From IMG/VR virus record IMGVR_UViG_3300020578_000048: 20,000 nt of DNA. One strand, given 5' to 3'. The stretch's first letter is position 1; each line of letters starts with the position of its first letter. The notes below the pieces were generated by a model. It was not told the DNA's origin and did not search any database. It saw nothing but the letters and a program-made list of their open reading frames with translations. Below, in pieces: positions 17,405 through 20,000 of the stretch. Source of the DNA: an uncultured virus (IMG/VR IMGVR_UViG_3300020578_000048). Its lineage: Duplodnaviria > Heunggongvirae > Uroviricota > Caudoviricetes. The translations under genes and the position numbers were made by a program.

Positions 17405-17410
17405 TATTTA
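17405..17410 (-). promoter_or_regulatory. TAAATA motif overlapping the stop codon, upstream of ATG 17400
   Basis: Minus strand reads TTG TAAATA CACT ATG. Confidence 0.4.
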
Positions 17411-19999
17411 CAAATTAAAAGAGACTGTGCCTGTGCCGGCTGTGAATGACAATATTCTAGAACCAATTACTGCTGCGGTATTCGTGGTAAATGTTAGGCC
17501 AGCTGATACTGTGGCTGTGTATACGCTAGGTATTTTTATTATAACTATGCCGGAACCACCTGTTGCCATATTAGCGCCGCCTCCTCCTCGATTCGCTATG
17601 CCGCTTGACCCTGCGCTTCCGCCCGTTCCTCCAGTTCCGCCACCGCCGGTACCGCCACCGGCAACAGGACCATTTCCTCCACCGCCTCCACCACCACAAT
17701 AGCTAATTGTAGCACCTGTAATTGATGACGATGTGCCTGCTCCACCTGCACCACCTACTCCATTTGATCCACTGGTTCCAGAAACTGCACTGGGTCCGCC
17801 TCCACCTCCTCCACCGCCGCAGGCATCAGTCCCCGGACGGTGTTGACCTGATCCGCCGTTGGCACCATTGGACCCTGTACCACCACTTCGTGTTCCGGAC
17901 CCGGTAGGCCATCCACCACCACCGCCACCTGCACCATTTCCTCCTGCACCGGTTGCATCATCTTTGTAGCAAGTTCCGCCTACTCCCCCACCTATTACTG
18001 TAAAACTAGAGAAAATAGAGTTAGCACCAAATGTCCCTGCACCACCAATGGCTCCGCCTGAGCCTCCGGCACCAATGGTTATATTATAGGCGATACCGGT
18101 TGTCAATGATGATGTAGTACCTGTAATGAAACCACCACCACCACCACCACCAGCTCTTGCATCACCGGCACTTAATCCGCCACCCCCGCCACCACCACCA
18201 GCCACAACCAAGTATTCTACTGTGAGTGTGGGTGGTGTAGTGGTCAAAGCAAAAGTACCAGTTCCGGCGGTAAATCTGGTGTAGCGATATCCCCCACCTT
18301 GGCTGATGGTTTCCGCAGTTAGGCCAGTGCCGATGTTAGCGAAGTAAGTGTCAGGATAGCGTATGATGACTACACCAGAACCACCAGATCCACCAATGTT
18401 AGTCCCATTTCGTTCTGCTCCACCGCCACCACCACCTAAATTTGTCGCCCCGTTGGTAGCATTGGCTACTGGAGCATTTCCTGCACCATTTCCACCACCA
18501 CCGATGCCACCTGTTCCAATTGAAGTACTATTATAGGCGCTTCCGCCACCCCCGCCGGCATAGGTCACTGTTGAACCGGTTATTGTAGAATTAGCACCAG
18601 CTCCACCGTTACCACCTACACTGCTGGTACCGTTACTACCCACTGCACCAGCACCGCCGCCACCTCCCCCGCCGTAAACACCGCTTGCAGGACCACCGGA
18701 ACCACCGGCATATCCTTGTACGGGGGAAACTGCTGGAGTATTTCCTGCCCCACCTGCTGCGCCTGTGGATCCTCGACCACCACCACCGGAACCGCCATCT
18801 CCCCCGGTGGTTCCACTATTTCCGCCACCGCCTCCTCCGCCACCACCGGCAGTAATTAAATTTAATATAGAATTGCTGCCTTTAGTTGAAGCACTCCAAG
18901 TATCATTAGCTAACGCTCCTGCGCCTCCTGCACCAACAGTAACAGAATTTGTTGAATTCAGGAGTAGATTATCAGTACCGGTTCTAAGACCACCCGCTCC
19001 GCCTCCTCCGCCATGAAAAATTCCGCCCCCACCACCTCCCCCACCAGCCACCACCAAGTAATCCACTGAAATAGGGGGTTGACTAGTAAACGATATTGAT
19101 CCAGTGCCAGCAGTAAAGGTTGATACTTTATTGGCTCCTATAGTCACTGTTGATGTGGTCAAGCCCGAGCCTGGGATCATATAGTAGATTGACGGATAGC
19201 GTAGGATAACTATGCCAGAACCACCTGCACCACCTATTGACGCAGCATTACCATTATCGGCAGAACCACCGCCACCCCCACCAGTGTTAACAGTTCCATT
19301 AGATCCTGCCCACCCACCACTAGGATTACCGTTTCCGCCACCACCCAGTCCACCTGTACTCCCACCAGCATTAAATGGAGATACTGAGCCATGACCGCCT
19401 CCACCACCGCCACCCGAATAATACACAATGGTGCCAGTGATTAAACTCGTAGACCCAATTCCACCATTCCCACCTACTCCGGAGGTTACTGATCCCCCAT
19501 TAGCTCCTGCTGCACCAGCTCCACCCCCACCTCCGCCACCAGCGTAAGCAGGACTACCACCACCGCCATTTCCGCCCGAATTCCCTTGTCCGCTAGTTCC
19601 AGAACCACCAAGGCTTGATCCGGCACCATCACGAACCGCAGCCCCGCCGCCCGATCCCCCGCTTAAACCATCATTACTAGAGCCATTTCTAAAACTACTA
19701 CCACCACCGCCACCGAGCGATATAATCCCAGCAAACACACTACTAGTCCCGCTGGAGCCAAATGGTGCTCCACCATTTGTAGCATTATAAGGCGCACCTG
19801 TTCCACCGGCACCAACTGTTACAGTATAAGTTGATGTAAAATTAACTGTTGAGGTTCCTGTTCTGAACCCACCAGCTCCACCTCCTCCTCCGCCCTCACT
19901 ACCACCACCGCCTCCGCCAGCTACAACCAAATAATCTAAGCTCATTGTAGTCAGCGAGCTAGTAACACCAGATACCGTGATCCACCCTGCCAAGGTGGC
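17408..19999 (-). CDS. Glycine-rich adhesin/fibre protein with three Gly-rich modules, 5' partial; paralog of 14569..17400
   Basis: The frame stays open to the right edge (GCC ACC TTG GCA GGG TGG), so TTG 19993 is probably not the true start. Three YLVVAGG modules, with linkers matching the downstream paralog position by position. Confidence 0.88.
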   Translation of the reverse strand, partial: ATLAGWITVSGVTSSLTTMSLDYLVVAGGGGGGSEGGGGGGAGGFRTGTSTVNFTSTYTVTVGAGGTGAPYNATNGGAPFGSSGTSSVFAGIISLGGGGGSSFRNGSSNDGLSGGSGGGAAVRDGAGSSLGGSGTSGQGNSGGNGGGGSPAYAGGGGGGGAGAAGANGGSVTSGVGGNGGIGSTSLITGTIVYYSGGGGGGGHGSVSPFNAGGSTGGLGGGGNGNPSGGWAGSNGTVNTGGGGGGSADNGNAASIGGAGGSGIVILRYPSIYYMIPGSGLTTSTVTIGANKVSTFTAGTGSISFTSQPPISVDYLVVAGGGGGGGGIFHGGGGGAGGLRTGTDNLLLNSTNSVTVGAGGAGALANDTWSASTKGSNSILNLITAGGGGGGGGGNSGTTGGDGGSGGGGRGSTGAAGGAGNTPAVSPVQGYAGGSGGPASGVYGGGGGGGAGAVGSNGTSSVGGNGGAGANSTITGSTVTYAGGGGGSAYNSTSIGTGGIGGGGNGAGNAPVANATNGATNLGGGGGGAERNGTNIGGSGGSGVVIIRYPDTYFANIGTGLTAETISQGGGYRYTRFTAGTGTFALTTTPPTLTVEYLVVAGGGGGGGGLSAGDARAGGGGGGGFITGTTSSLTTGIAYNITIGAGGSGGAIGGAGTFGANSIFSSFTVIGGGVGGTCYKDDATGAGGNGAGGGGGGWPTGSGTRSGGTGSNGANGGSGQHRPGTDACGGGGGGGGPSAVSGTSGSNGVGGAGGAGTSSSITGATISYCGGGGGGGNGPVAGGGTGGGGTGGTGGSAGSSGIANRGGGGANMATGGSGIVIIKIPSVYTATVSAGLTFTTNTAAVIGSRILSFTAGTGTVSFNL

Positions 20000-20000
20000 A

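Noticed and set aside
18131..18151. (ACC)7 and similar trinucleotide runs, plus strong C-skew and G-quadruplex-like tracts
   Set aside because: Explained by poly-Gly codons. Slippage would be in frame, and there is no evidence of a CRISPR array or non-coding function.
7249..19394. Pro-rich plus-strand ORFs (e.g. 7249, 12351, 14633, 15875, 16361, 16757, 17427, 18765, 19212) and Val/Glu-rich minus-strand alternative-frame ORFs
   Set aside because: Antisense or out-of-frame shadows of Gly-rich coding sequence (GGN read as CCN or GTG), fully nested in convincing genes.
6393..19999. Mycobacterial PE-PGRS or eukaryotic Gly-rich/ALK-type gene interpretation
   Set aside because: No PE domain, moderate GC, no introns, and phage-type operon packing with fibre motifs. 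The similarity is limited to polyglycine composition or fold.
1..20000. Diversity-generating retroelement or invertase/shufflon driving fibre variation
   Set aside because: No reverse transcriptase or recombinase in the window. No template/variable repeat pair with adenine-specific mismatches was seen. No inverted repeats were seen flanking the plus-strand island. One could exist outside the window.

Overview
The window is a densely packed phage receptor-binding/tail-fibre gene array. It is probably from a large aquatic tailed phage (inferred from gene content and TAAATA late-promoter-like motifs). Nearly all real genes are on the minus strand: two paralogous IPT/Ig/multi-LamG fibre proteins (one cut by the left edge and missing from the ORF track), four glycine-rich adhesin-like proteins carrying nine Gly-rich modules in total, short collagen-like proteins, small adaptor-like proteins and two copies of a small 'MAHFAKLD' putative chaperone. 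Five genes start with the same ~30-aa module (M-P/S-x-x-F/Y-P-x-N-P/A...W). The array contains two parallel multi-gene cassettes (anchor, adaptor, adhesin, chaperone) plus single-chain versions. An AT-rich two-gene island on the plus strand encodes a conserved phage hypothetical protein and a flavin-dependent (tryptophan-halogenase-like) enzyme. Beside it is a broken chimeric locus, in which a fibre N-terminus is joined to a frameshifted remnant resembling a 2OG-Fe(II) oxygenase C-terminus. Most other short ORFs in the track are antisense or out-of-frame shadows. All calls come from reading motifs by eye; no database search was run.
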